Shown here: in pieces, positions 39,427-49,777 of the stretch | Numbering within the stretch: position 1 is the first letter of the stretch | How the letters are laid out: each line of letters starts with the position of its first letter | Source: Promethearchaeota archaeon | GTDB taxonomy: Archaea; Asgardarchaeota; Lokiarchaeia; Sigyniarchaeales; SOKP01 | Assembly: GCA_048940645.1 (NCBI GenBank) | Contig: JBHLOI010000008.1 | Location: 1 to 64,000 of the forward strand | DNA length: 64,000 nucleotides | Direction: 5' to 3' | Made by a program: the position numbers and the translations under genes | The notes under the pieces: generated by a model | What the model was told of the DNA's origin: nothing | Databases searched by the model: none | The model's input: the letters and a program-made list of their open reading frames with translations, nothing else

Positions 39427-40710
39427 TTAATTCCATGTAGGTTTCTTCACAGAGGCATCATCGTCTTCAGTGTGAATTCTTTTTAAATCAATATCAGAAT
39501 AGCCTGGTAATATATTAATAAAGTTTCTCATCGCATTCTTGATATCTTTACTGGAAGCTATGTATCTTCCTACTATTAGAATATCTGCACCTTGTCCGAG
39601 GGCGTATTTCGCAGTTTTTGGCTCAATTCCTCCTGCAACAGCAACTAATACCCGATCTCTACCTGAAGCTAATTTTCTATCTTTGTATAGTTCCTTAATT
39701 TTTGGTACTAAAGCCCATCTAGCTTTTTGTGCTGCGTCTGGAGATTGAGTTCCTGTAGCTTGCTCAACGTCAATAGCTCTATGTAAGATTACTACATCTG
39801 GAGTTTGTTTTAAACTACTTAATTTCCCAATAGGATCATCAACTTCCATAGTATCAACAAATCCATAAATTCCAAGACGTTGAGCCTCTAATATGAATTT
39901 ATCAAGTGAAGAAGAAGATGCTAGTCCACTAGCAACTACAGCATCTGCAGTTGCATCGAATGCAAAATCGACTTCTAATTTACCCACATCAAGAGTTTTC
40001 AGGTCAGCGACAATAAATTTCTGCGGAGCAAGTTCACGAATTTTCTTAATTGATTCCATGCCATATTTCTTCAAAAATGGTGTTCCAACTTCTAAAAGAA
40101 TTCTATCACTTTTAGGTAATTGTTTAACTACTCTCATTTGGTGTTCTAAAGCTGGATGATCTAGCGCTACCTGTATGTAGGGAGGACGCCATAATCTAGG
40201 AACCCTTATTCCAGCCACAGGGTGTTTTGCTCGATCTTTATCATAAAAGATTTTTTCTATTGGAGGATAATTTTTTAATGCTCTTTGAATTGCTAATTTA
40301 GTAGCGCCATAATTATACTGATAGATTTTTCGGTAATCAGTCGCTTCAGGATGAATAAATACACTTACAATTAACACCCATTCATCAAGTTTATTCATTG
40401 GTATAAGATTTTCTTCAACAGAATCAGCAATTGCTTTTGCCACAGCAGCTTGAGCTGGACCAAATATCTTATTAGCCTCTGCCATTTTAGAGACTGTGAC
40501 TTTTGGAATAACTAAACTTATTGGTTTAGATAATAGATTTGGTCTAATGCATGCTAAAAGTCCACCATGTCCTACAGAAGGAGAACTAAGCGCGTTTGCA
40601 AAAGAAACTCCAACAGGTCCATCTTTGGAGCCAATAATCAAGTCAATATGGGCAAGATCAGGAGCTTCACCAATGAGCGCCTCTCCAATATAATATTCCG
40701 GTTTTGCCAT
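39427..40710 (-). CDS. fae-hps: bifunctional formaldehyde-activating enzyme / 3-hexulose-6-phosphate synthase
   Basis: IGEALIG..AHIDLIIG..FGPAQAAVAKA..YQYNYGATK (Fae); IQVALD, LEVGTP, ADLKTLD, HRAIDVE, VAGGI, VGR (HPS); start MAKPE at 40710. Confidence 0.93.
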   Translation of the reverse strand: MAKPEYYIGEALIGEAPDLAHIDLIIGSKDGPVGVSFANALSSPSVGHGGLLACIRPNLLSKPISLVIPKVTVSKMAEANKIFGPAQAAVAKAIADSVEENLIPMNKLDEWVLIVSVFIHPEATDYRKIYQYNYGATKLAIQRALKNYPPIEKIFYDKDRAKHPVAGIRVPRLWRPPYIQVALDHPALEHQMRVVKQLPKSDRILLEVGTPFLKKYGMESIKKIRELAPQKFIVADLKTLDVGKLEVDFAFDATADAVVASGLASSSSLDKFILEAQRLGIYGFVDTMEVDDPIGKLSSLKQTPDVVILHRAIDVEQATGTQSPDAAQKARWALVPKIKELYKDRKLASGRDRVLVAVAGGIEPKTAKYALGQGADILIVGRYIASSKDIKNAMRNFINILPGYSDIDLKRIHTEDDDASVKKPTWN

Positions 40711-40968
40711 ACCAAAACACAGTGTTTGTTTTCTTAATATTTTATTGTATGTTATGGATAATATAAATAATACAATATCCACATTAAATTAGAGTTAATT
40801 CTCTCTTATTAAAATTATCTAATTATTCCTCTGAAAAATAATATTGGCAATCTAATTTTAGATACTGGAAATTGTACGATTTTAGTTAATTATAAATATG
40901 AAAATTGTTTTGAATATAAAGATAAGATTTTAATAATAATAAATGAAGTAATAAATGGGTGAACGATA

Positions 40969-41415
40969 ATGAGTAAAGTAATCGCTAAAAATTTTGTACT
41001 ATCGATGGAAAAAGATCCTAAAGACCCGAGAGAGGGTAATTATTTAGATCTTTGTTATAAAGATTTTAGAAACTTCAAAGAGAAAAATGGAAAGGATATT
41101 ATAGAATTTCTAAGTAAATTAATTAAAGAACAAGAAGGAAGGGACAATAGACCAGATTTAATTCGTAACCAAAAAAATAATTTAGTAAACCTACTGAAAT
41201 TGATAAGAGAAGGAAATGAGATTAAGGCATTTTCAAATTTCCATAGGACAGTTCCATATCCCAGAGATCAAGAAGTTAGGGGTATTAAACCTACTGTATT
41301 AATCCAACAAAAGGAAAATCTAAAAAATGTTAGAAAGTTAATCAATGAAGGTAAAGAAAGAACGGCTTTTTCATTATTTCATCGAACGTTTCCTTATTGT
41401 ATGCCTTATAGGTGA
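40969..41415 (+). CDS. hypothetical protein with an internal duplication
   Basis: Two copies of Q.NL..KLI.EG.E..AFS.FHRT.PY. Confidence 0.65.
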   Translation: MSKVIAKNFVLSMEKDPKDPREGNYLDLCYKDFRNFKEKNGKDIIEFLSKLIKEQEGRDNRPDLIRNQKNNLVNLLKLIREGNEIKAFSNFHRTVPYPRDQEVRGIKPTVLIQQKENLKNVRKLINEGKERTAFSLFHRTFPYCMPYR

Positions 41416-41458
41416 ATTTAAAGAAACTTAATAATAATAGACATTACTTAAAATACAA

Positions 41459-42799
41459 TTAATTGTTACTAGCTTTTAGATTATAGTTTTCAATTTCTTT
41501 AGCAGTTTTTAATAATTTTTGGAGCGTATTAAGATTAAGATCCTCAGTTTCAAAAATAACATGTTGACAGTCATATTTAGTAAAATCATTTTCAATAATA
41601 TTTATGTTGAATATTTGTTGTTCTTCCCATAATCGAGAGCCGGGATATGGAGTTGCTACAAAATAGTTAATTGTATCATTCTTATCGAAAGGTAACCTTT
41701 TAATGAAATCAATCGTTTTATAAAAAGTTTCCTCAGTTTCCCCTGGTAAACCAAGCACAAAATAAGCCTGAATTGGAATCTGATACTTTTTTAAATTAAT
41801 AATACCTTCTATTACTTCTTTTGGATCCTGATACTTAAAGTTTTTCTTTAAAACTTCAATGCTAGCTGATTCTATCCCTGTTGCAATTAATTCGCATCCA
41901 GCAGTTTTTAACAGCCGAGCATCTTCTTCAGTTATATTATCTACTCTTAATTCACAACCCCAAGGAATTTTAATATTATTTTCAATGAACATAGTACAAA
42001 ATTTCTTGAAGAAATCCTTATCAATATTGATATTATCATAGAAGTTAATGTAATAATAATTTTGGAATGACATAATATCCCTGATTTCAGAAAGAATTGA
42101 ACCTATACTTCTAATCCTAACTTGTCTAAATAAATTTTGTCTGGAGCAAAATGAACACTGGAATGGGCATCCTCGGTTAATAATAACATTGGCTACTCTA
42201 TAATAATGTTGAATATGTTCTAATTTATGGCGTGCAGGTAAAGGAATAGTTTCAAGATCAATAAGTTTAGGATTGCCCGTAAAAATTAGTTTTCCTTCAG
42301 AATTGATAAAAGCTATTCCTTTAATTTTTTGTAAATAGGATTCATAATTTCGATTTTTCCCCCTAGTATTTATAATTGCTCTTAATATCTCTACTAAATG
42401 TAGGAATGAATTTTCAGATTCACCAATACAAATAAAATCAATGTTATTTTGGGATTGTAAAATTTCCTCATAAAGGAATGAAACATGAGGCCCTCCTAAT
42501 ATAACATACTTTCGATCATCATATTGCTTAACAATATTAGTAATTTTAAGTGCCAAAGTAAAGGTATTTGTCAGTGAAGTTATCCCTATTATTTCATAAT
42601 TTTGAATTTTTTCGATTATTAATTCTTCTAAGTTAGATCCTTTCAAATCAGAAAATTGTTCTAAATCTAAAATATCTACATCTAGATTATTCTGATCTAA
42701 TACTGCTGCTAAGTATAGTATACCTAAACTTGGTTCCCTAAAATATTCACTCTGGGACTCTGTAGATTTAGTAGTTTTAGGATTAATTAATAAAATCAT
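41459..42799 (-). CDS. cobalamin-binding radical SAM protein
   Basis: PSLGILYLAA, VILGGPH, RGCPFQCSFC, GIES, GLPGET, TPYPGS. Confidence 0.92.
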   Translation of the reverse strand: MILLINPKTTKSTESQSEYFREPSLGILYLAAVLDQNNLDVDILDLEQFSDLKGSNLEELIIEKIQNYEIIGITSLTNTFTLALKITNIVKQYDDRKYVILGGPHVSFLYEEILQSQNNIDFICIGESENSFLHLVEILRAIINTRGKNRNYESYLQKIKGIAFINSEGKLIFTGNPKLIDLETIPLPARHKLEHIQHYYRVANVIINRGCPFQCSFCSRQNLFRQVRIRSIGSILSEIRDIMSFQNYYYINFYDNINIDKDFFKKFCTMFIENNIKIPWGCELRVDNITEEDARLLKTAGCELIATGIESASIEVLKKNFKYQDPKEVIEGIINLKKYQIPIQAYFVLGLPGETEETFYKTIDFIKRLPFDKNDTINYFVATPYPGSRLWEEQQIFNINIIENDFTKYDCQHVIFETEDLNLNTLQKLLKTAKEIENYNLKASNN

Positions 42800-42809
42800 A
42801 TCAAACTGG

Positions 42810-43640
42810 TTAATTATTTTTACTTTGATCTAAGTTACTACCCTGATTTAATTTCTCCTCATCCGGAATTTTATCTGGAATATTGAAAGATTCTATTAAT
42901 GATTCAATTTTTCCAGGTCTACTAAATTTTTCCTCAGGAATTACTGGAACTTTCAATTTTATACTGTCATATTTTTCATAATCTGGAGTAAAGAGCTCAA
43001 TACCTTGTATTGCGCGATCTTTAACAATAACGCGGATAGAATAGTTACGATCATTAAAAAAAGTAAATCCATTGTTTAACCGCCCCATTTTTACAAATTC
43101 TTTTTTTACCTTTTCTTCTTTTAAGAATAATTCCGTTATATCTTCTTCTGAGTATAAAATTCCACCAATAATCGCAAAAATTCGTTTATAATTCTCAGGC
43201 AAGGGATATTCATTTATGGTTTCAATTACTTTTTTCAACCGAGGATTATGAATGACAAGATCTCCAGTAGTTGAAATTGTTTTAGGATCTGGAAAATCAC
43301 TTTTGTCAATTGATCTAGCCCTTCCTTCTCCCAATGGTTTATCTAAAATTTCTTGAAATTCAAGGTCTTCTCTAGAGTATATATTTAAGGAATATATTCG
43401 ATAAAACAATCTAAGTTGCTTACGAAGCATACTTGCAAGTATTCCCCCAAATATTTGTAACTTTAAAGAACTATTTGGACCATTATATATTAGAATTTTC
43501 TTAGTATCATGATCTACGAGTAAGTAAACTTTATGGCTATTGTAATCATTTAATGTATCTCTTACCGTTTCTCCTTCAGTAACCTCCACTGTCAAAAAAT
43601 AGGGATATTCTCGTACTTCAAGGACTTCAAAAATTTGCAT
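42810..43640 (-). CDS. divergent single gelsolin-like domain protein with uncharacterised C-terminal domain
   Basis: KVYLLVDHDTKKILIYNGPNSSLK..F.G...A matches the gelsolin core strand-strand-helix pattern. Confidence 0.6.
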   Translation of the reverse strand: MQIFEVLEVREYPYFLTVEVTEGETVRDTLNDYNSHKVYLLVDHDTKKILIYNGPNSSLKLQIFGGILASMLRKQLRLFYRIYSLNIYSREDLEFQEILDKPLGEGRARSIDKSDFPDPKTISTTGDLVIHNPRLKKVIETINEYPLPENYKRIFAIIGGILYSEEDITELFLKEEKVKKEFVKMGRLNNGFTFFNDRNYSIRVIVKDRAIQGIELFTPDYEKYDSIKLKVPVIPEEKFSRPGKIESLIESFNIPDKIPDEEKLNQGSNLDQSKNN

Positions 43641-43807
43641 TTAACCAAATCCTAACTATTCTATATTTTTATAGGTAATGATCTTCATAATAAATTTTTT
43701 TGTTTTTGACTTTTTGCCAGAGAAATTGTAAAGCTTATGAAATCAATAAAATTTTTAAGTTTTAGGAGATTTTTCATAGTAGTTCTCTCTTTAAAAGTTT
43801 GATAAAC

Positions 43808-44215
43808 ATGAGCTCAGAGAAAAGGATATATAAACTAAATATTTCTGGTGGGAATACAGGTCCCGGTAAAGGATTGACTAAACTAATTGAGATTGATGAG
43901 AAAAAATTCAGATTTGAAGGCATGAAAATTGGCGATACTATTAAGGGAGGTCTAGTAGGATTTCCAAATTATGAATTTAAAATCACTGGCGGTTCAGATT
44001 CAAGTGGATTTCCAATGAGAAGAGATGTCCATGGACCTGTTAAGAAAAAGATTTTAGTTTCTAAACGTGGAACGGGCTATAAGCCTAAAAGAAAAGGGCA
44101 GAAGAGAAGAAAAACAGTACGAGGAAATGAAATAACTTTCGATATGACGCTGATTAATCTTAATGTGGTCAAGTATGGTGAAGCTGAACTATTTAAAGCT
44201 AAAAAAGAGGATTAG
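43808..44215 (+). CDS. rps6e: 30S ribosomal protein S6e (eS6)
   Basis: KITGGSDSSGFPMRRDV, G.KRRKTVRGNEI. Confidence 0.96.
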   Translation: MSSEKRIYKLNISGGNTGPGKGLTKLIEIDEKKFRFEGMKIGDTIKGGLVGFPNYEFKITGGSDSSGFPMRRDVHGPVKKKILVSKRGTGYKPKRKGQKRRKTVRGNEITFDMTLINLNVVKYGEAELFKAKKED

Positions 44216-44246
44216 GTATTTCAACTAGTTTTGAGATGAAGAATGA

Positions 44247-44429
44247 ATGGTTAAAGTAAAAAAGTGCTCATTTTGTGGATGGGATATCCCTATCGGAAGA
44301 GGACATATGTTTGTGAAAAAAGATGGAACTATTCTTAATTTTTGTACGCAAAAATGTCGCAAAGCTATGTTGCTTTATAAGAAAAATCCACGTAAAACAC
44401 GCTGGACCGTATATTATGGGAAGCAGTAA
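44247..44429 (+). CDS. rpl24e: 50S ribosomal protein L24e (eL24)
   Basis: CSFCG..I..GRG.MFVKKDG..FC..KC..NPRK..WT. Confidence 0.97.
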   Translation: MVKVKKCSFCGWDIPIGRGHMFVKKDGTILNFCTQKCRKAMLLYKKNPRKTRWTVYYGKQ

Positions 44430-44509
44430 TATAAACAGTCAATAAGACCTTATTTTGAAAACTTAAATTAACCCAAAAAATTTTAAGTTTTCTATCCCCT
44501 CTTAAATAT

Positions 44510-45007
44510 GTGAAAAAGCGAAATTATCTTTATATTTTTTATAATATTTGTTTATTTTTCAGCCTGTTTATTATAGAAGGGTATGCTGATCCTATTGTTC
44601 CATATCCTTCAGAAGATCCTATAATACGTACAATTATTTTAACAAATATGTTCTTTATTGGTACCACTATTGAATATAAAATCTTTAAGCAGGGTGTGGT
44701 AAAGAGACCTCGTAATAAAAGATTATTTTCAACTTGTGTTAAAGTAAATTTGGTGACCTTTCCTCTCACTCAAATCTTGGCTTATATCATATATATTTAT
44801 TTATCCTCTTACTTTTGGTTTTATGTTTTGGCAATAGAGATTTTAGTAATAATAATTGAATGGTTGCTTTTTCGAATTGAATTTAATAAAATTTTAATGG
44901 AATCTATGACCTCTAAACATATTTTACAATATACGACAGTGGCAAATTTTGTTTCATTTCTACTTGGATTATTGGCTTTCGCTATTCCTACTTTTACTTA
45001 CTCTTAA
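44510..45007 (+). CDS. hypothetical membrane protein
   Basis: Several TM segments; NLVTFPL, EILVIIIEW and ANFVSFLLG motifs. Confidence 0.65.
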   Translation: MKKRNYLYIFYNICLFFSLFIIEGYADPIVPYPSEDPIIRTIILTNMFFIGTTIEYKIFKQGVVKRPRNKRLFSTCVKVNLVTFPLTQILAYIIYIYLSSYFWFYVLAIEILVIIIEWLLFRIEFNKILMESMTSKHILQYTTVANFVSFLLGLLAFAIPTFTYS

Positions 45008-46417
45008 AATAAAAATTATCGCAATAATCGAAATAATACTCGTAATTCCCAGAAATGAAAAGATGTAAATATCACGATAATCAATTTGCTGATACGGAGG
45101 AGGTTTCCCATTAGGTTTGGGATTTTTTACAAAAACAATTCTATCTTCATGAATATTCCAATCAGTTACATACTCACATGTGCATAACATATAGAAATTA
45201 TCTTGAGAATCAATAGCAATAGCGTTAATATAATCGTAATAAGATCCACCCCAAAAGTAGTTCGTAATTATTTGTCCAGAACTATTTAACTTTAATACTC
45301 CAATATCTCCGCTTTCTCTATAAGTATTATAAATAATACAAATATCTTGGTGAGACGTGACTCCTATATCAAGAGATAATGGAGTGACATAGGCACCCCA
45401 CCTAACATTATAATCAGCTAGCGAAAAATTCCAACAAAAGCTTAAATTAGGATCGAATTTTAGTAAAAATTGTTCAGAATAAATTATGTAATTTCCCTCC
45501 CTAATTAAAGGGATGTCTGTATAGATGTATATATTATCGAAAAAAAATATTTGAAAATTTTGAAGCGAATTATGTCCTGTATTATTCAAAAAATTAGTTT
45601 GATAAGTTATATTTCCTAAGCTATTAAGCTTTAAAAGCCATAAATCATATTTATGATCTGGTAGTTCTGTATATCCATTTACAATAATATTCTCATCAGA
45701 ATATACTTTTAAACCGTAGAATCTAGCAGTTATATCCAATTGTTTATACCATATCATTGAACCGGAACTATTATATTTAAAAAGATATCGAGAGCCACAA
45801 AGATAGACACAATTATTAGAATCTATCTCTATCTTTGCGAAATTTGTCTTATTATAAGCATCTAACGTTTTATTCCATACTAAATTCCCAGAAGGGTTAA
45901 ATTTTAAGAGAAATGCCTTTGGATTAGTGTAATTAGTCCCAGAAATATATATAGAATCATTTAAATCCACTTTAAAAGAATATATCTCATAACCTGAATC
46001 CAATATTTTAGACCATAGTAATTCCCTTAAAATATTAAATTTCAATAGAATATAATTCCTATCAATCAATTTAGCAAGCACATAAAGATTAGATTTTGAA
46101 TCGAAATTGAAATCAAGTAAATCCACATCAGTTAATCTATTTTCCCATAAATTTGTACCTGATTCGTCATATTTAGCTACATAAGCGATATCAGAAGAAT
46201 ATATACTATAGCCTATGTAAAAACTATCATTTATTGTCTTTAAAATAGGAAAGGCTGGTGATTCATTTGGTTTTATTAATACTGACCATGAATCTTCATT
46301 TTCTAAATCTATATCTATACTATCAGAGTAATTTGAGGATAAAATTAGTTGTTTTAAATTAAAATTAGACAACAACAAAAGAGAAATTATAAGAATGTAT
46401 CCTTTTGGGCTTTTCAT
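44969..46417 (-). CDS. secreted membrane-anchored beta-propeller (SBBP-like repeats) protein
   Basis: Repeated LLK(F/Y)(N/D)..G..(L/I)W and D...N.Y..G units; signal peptide and C-terminal TM. Confidence 0.75.
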   Translation of the reverse strand: MKSPKGYILIISLLLLSNFNLKQLILSSNYSDSIDIDLENEDSWSVLIKPNESPAFPILKTINDSFYIGYSIYSSDIAYVAKYDESGTNLWENRLTDVDLLDFNFDSKSNLYVLAKLIDRNYILLKFNILRELLWSKILDSGYEIYSFKVDLNDSIYISGTNYTNPKAFLLKFNPSGNLVWNKTLDAYNKTNFAKIEIDSNNCVYLCGSRYLFKYNSSGSMIWYKQLDITARFYGLKVYSDENIIVNGYTELPDHKYDLWLLKLNSLGNITYQTNFLNNTGHNSLQNFQIFFFDNIYIYTDIPLIREGNYIIYSEQFLLKFDPNLSFCWNFSLADYNVRWGAYVTPLSLDIGVTSHQDICIIYNTYRESGDIGVLKLNSSGQIITNYFWGGSYYDYINAIAIDSQDNFYMLCTCEYVTDWNIHEDRIVFVKNPKPNGKPPPYQQIDYRDIYIFSFLGITSIISIIAIIFILRVSKSRNSESQ

Positions 46418-46506
46418 CTATTTAAAGGTGGAAATAGATTTTCCTTAGATGAATTTGTTTTTGTAAATTTATATTTTTAACTCTATATATCGAAAAGTTT
46501 CTTTTC

Positions 46507-46707
46507 TTATTGGAGTCGTGAAAATTTAAGTAAATCATCAATTAGATCCACGTGGCCCACGATCATTCTACGGCAGCAGAATCTCTCAATTCCAAGCTGT
46601 TTAAATGCGCTTTCTGAACTTTCCCCTTTCTCTATAAGTTCTAAATATGGTTTATAAACATGTGCGATTAATTTACCACAGCTAAAACAACGGATTGGAA
46701 TAATCAT
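46507..46707 (-). CDS. rpoN: RNA polymerase subunit Rpo10 (N)
   Basis: MIIPIRCFSCGK...RFCCRRM. Confidence 0.98.
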   Translation of the reverse strand: MIIPIRCFSCGKLIAHVYKPYLELIEKGESSESAFKQLGIERFCCRRMIVGHVDLIDDLLKFSRLQ

Positions 46708-46893
46708 AGTTTATTCACATTTTAAATTATTTACAAATGATAAAATATTGAAAATTAAAAAAATTTTTCGGAAATTGAGGATAAAAAAGCCAAATTAAGC
46801 AAAAATTTTTTTTATATCCATTATTTTTGATCTCATTACAAATCGATGATTTATGATAATATATTAAAAATTATATATTTGAAGGAGAACAAT

Positions 46894-47265
46894 ATGAGTT
46901 ATGTAAAATTTAAAGTTCCTGATAATTTAAAGAACGAATTAAAGAATGCATTAAGTACAATAGCAGAATCTCGAGATTCTAAAATACGAAAAGGAATGAA
47001 TGAAGTGACTAAATCTATTGAAAGAAATAATGCTAAGATTGTAGTGATGGCTGAAGATGTAAGCCCTCCAGAGATACTTTTTCATGTACCATTACTATGT
47101 GAAGAAAAATTAATACCTTATGCATATTTATCTTCAAAAAAAGAATTAGGAAATACAGTTAGAATTAATGTAGGAGCATCTGCTATCGCTATAGAAAATC
47201 TAGGAACAGGCAATGACAATGTTTTAGATACTGTAATTAAGAAACTAGAAGATTTAAAGAAGTAA
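46894..47265 (+). CDS. rpl7ae: 50S ribosomal protein L7Ae (eL8)
   Basis: IRKGMNEVTKSIER..VMAEDVSPPEI..PLLCEEK.IPY; AGGAG SD before ATG 46894. Confidence 0.97.
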   Translation: MSYVKFKVPDNLKNELKNALSTIAESRDSKIRKGMNEVTKSIERNNAKIVVMAEDVSPPEILFHVPLLCEEKLIPYAYLSSKKELGNTVRINVGASAIAIENLGTGNDNVLDTVIKKLEDLKK

Positions 47266-47280
47266 GTTGGTGGAAAGAAG

Positions 47281-47526
47281 TTGGCCAAGTTAGATAAATC
47301 AAAAGCATCTCACTTTGAGGATTCATCTATTCCTGCAGAGGTTATCCAAATTGTTGGTAGAACTGGATTAACTGGCGAAATTAGTCAAATTAAAGTAAGA
47401 ATTTTAGAGGGGCCAGACAAGAATCGTATTTTAACGAGGAATGTTAAGGGTCCTGTACGAGAAAATGATATTGTAGTTTTAAGAGAAGTAGAAAGGGAAG
47501 CTAGAAAAATAAGAAAAAGACGATAA
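47281..47526 (+). CDS. rps28e: 30S ribosomal protein S28e (eS28)
   Basis: [12 protein letters not shown]...RNVKGPVR..D...LRE.EREAR. Confidence 0.97.
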   Translation: MAKLDKSKASHFEDSSIPAEVIQIVGRTGLTGEISQIKVRILEGPDKNRILTRNVKGPVRENDIVVLREVEREARKIRKRR

Positions 47527-47545
47527 AGTTGCTTTTTTTTAAACT

Positions 47546-47746
47546 TCACTCATCAAAATAGCCAAGAAGTTTTAAGTTCTTATATTCATTGTGTAAAAAT
47601 TCTCGTAATGCAGTTCTAATTGCTTCAGAGCGACTTGGCACAATCTTCATCGCTATTAATTTTTGAATATTTTTATCATAACATTCAGGAATATTGATAG
47701 TAATATTTTGCATTGATGGTTTTTTCTTTTTCTTTTTATCTGACAA
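47546..47746 (-). CDS. ribbon-helix-helix (CopG-like) regulator
   Basis: NITINIPE..IQKLI..SRSEAIRTALREFL. Confidence 0.85.
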   Translation of the reverse strand: MSDKKKKKKPSMQNITINIPECYDKNIQKLIAMKIVPSRSEAIRTALREFLHNEYKNLKLLGYFDE

Positions 47747-48013
47747 TTCTCCTTACTCCTGTCCTGTTATTTTTTTGAAATAATAGCCGGGATCTATCTT
47801 AGGAGGAAAAATGATAACAAAAATAATCGTTATCCTTAACTTATTCCAACTTTTTGATAATAAATTATAAGTAAAACTTGTTTATAAAATTATCTTTCCC
47901 TATTTAAAGTATTTAAAGCATTCTATATCATTAGTAAATTGTTTTGATAAATTTAATTAGAATATGAACGATTATTAGGGTATTTATATATTTAAATTGA
48001 AAATGTTTTACTA

Positions 48014-48688
48014 TCATAATCGATTTTCTTTTTTTACATATCGACCTCTAGTTTCTATAATAGAGATATTTTTTATAATATCATTATAAATATTACTTCC
48101 TCTATCTCTATACTCTAATTCATAACCCTCAAGAAAAGCATTAAAACATAATTTAAAATCATCTCCATGTGAGGAAATTAATACTCTTTTTAAGAGATGT
48201 AAATCGACACTTTTATCTTCGATAGAATCCGAATAATCATGAAGTCCAAAATCAATAATGAAAATATCTTCGCTTGATGTTAATATTATATTACTTGTGG
48301 TAATATCACCATGAATATGTCCATTAATATGTAAAATTGCGATAATTCGACCCAATTTAGTGAAAATTTCTTTTTTTTTAGAAATGCTTAGAGTTTTAAT
48401 CAAATTTTTTAGCTTAGAACCAGAGATATATTTCATAATTATTATAGAGTTTTCTGTATCAATCTCATATACTTGTGGTGTATTAATTTTATATTCTTTT
48501 ACCTTTATAAGGGCTCGAGCCTCATTTAATGTTCTTATTGTACGAATTTTTTTATCAAGCTGGTCAATTCTATAATTCTTAGTAATCCTGTGTTTGAAGA
48601 TAACTTCTTTACCAAACCAGTGACCATAAATTAAACTTGCTTCCGCACCTTTATGAATCAATTTTTCCTTTGTGATATTTTTAGTCAT
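48014..48688 (-). CDS. bud32: KEOPS complex kinase Bud32
   Basis: KGAEA, YRI..LD, EAR, HGDITTSN, IDFGL, EDKSVDL, RGRY; start probably MTKNI. Confidence 0.95.
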   Translation of the reverse strand: MTKNITKEKLIHKGAEASLIYGHWFGKEVIFKHRITKNYRIDQLDKKIRTIRTLNEARALIKVKEYKINTPQVYEIDTENSIIIMKYISGSKLKNLIKTLSISKKKEIFTKLGRIIAILHINGHIHGDITTSNIILTSSEDIFIIDFGLHDYSDSIEDKSVDLHLLKRVLISSHGDDFKLCFNAFLEGYELEYRDRGSNIYNDIIKNISIIETRGRYVKKENRL

Positions 48689-48702
48689 TCCTAATATATC
48701 AC

Positions 48703-49725
48703 CTAGCTTCTCCAAGGAATGGTAATATTATCCATTCTTTCTTTTGGATTTATAAGTGTTTCTGCGAGGCAAAATTCTCCTTTACTCTTATACCTTAATA
48801 TCCCTGTCCATGCAATCATTGCACCATTATCCCCTGCGTATTTTAGGGGTACAACTTCGAACTTTGCATTGTGTTCATCGCTAATAGAATTAATCATTTC
48901 TTGTAATCTTTTATTTGCTGCAACCCCTCCAGTTAATAAAACTTCTGTCTTTTCTGTATGGGCAAGGGCTCTTTCTGTAACTTCAGTAAGCATTGCAAAT
49001 GCAGTCTCTTGAAGAGAATAAGCAATATCACATAAATTATATTCTTTTTCATATTTTTCAGATTCTAATAATTTTTTAGCTGACGTAAAAAGTCCTGAAA
49101 ATGATAGATCCATTCCTTTAACTATATAAGGTAAAGGAAGATATTTATTTGATTTTTTAGCCAACTTTTCTATTTTGGGACCACCGGGATGAGAGATTTC
49201 TGCTTCTCTGGCAAATGAATCCAGTAAATTACCTATAGGAATATCTAATGTCTCTCCAAATATTTGATATCTTCCAGATTCATAGGCACTTACAATGGTA
49301 TTTCCACCAGACACATAAAGAGAGAGAGGATCATCAATATTACACACTAATCTTCCTATTTCTATATGGGCAATACAATGGTTTACTCCAATTATAGGGA
49401 TTTTTAAAAGTTGACCCAGCATACGTGCTACAAGTGCTCCTATTTTTAAGACAGGTCCTAAACCAGGACTTTGACTAAAAGCTAATAAATTAATATCTTT
49501 AATTGAACATTTAGCTTGAGTAAGAGCTTTATTAATAACTTCCATGAAATTATTCAAATGCTGCTCCCTAACCAAAGCAGGATGAAGCCCTCCTTTTTTA
49601 GGTATAAATACATCATTTACTAGACTTAGGACCTTTCCTGTAAAATCAACGAGTCCAACACCCCATGTATGCGCAGTTGATTCTATACCAAGGGCTATTT
49701 TATTAGATTTCATTATATTCGCCAA
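48703..49725 (-). CDS. kae1: KEOPS tRNA t6A synthase Kae1
   Basis: GIESTAH, VNHCIAHIE, LYVSGGNT, GETLDI..GN..D, GGVAAN, DNGAMIAW. Confidence 0.97.
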   Translation of the reverse strand: MANIMKSNKIALGIESTAHTWGVGLVDFTGKVLSLVNDVFIPKKGGLHPALVREQHLNNFMEVINKALTQAKCSIKDINLLAFSQSPGLGPVLKIGALVARMLGQLLKIPIIGVNHCIAHIEIGRLVCNIDDPLSLYVSGGNTIVSAYESGRYQIFGETLDIPIGNLLDSFAREAEISHPGGPKIEKLAKKSNKYLPLPYIVKGMDLSFSGLFTSAKKLLESEKYEKEYNLCDIAYSLQETAFAMLTEVTERALAHTEKTEVLLTGGVAANKRLQEMINSISDEHNAKFEVVPLKYAGDNGAMIAWTGILRYKSKGEFCLAETLINPKERMDNITIPWRS

Positions 49726-49777
49726 TTTTGTTTATTAGCGAGAATTCAAGAAAAAAAATAGATTAAGCTCAAATAAA

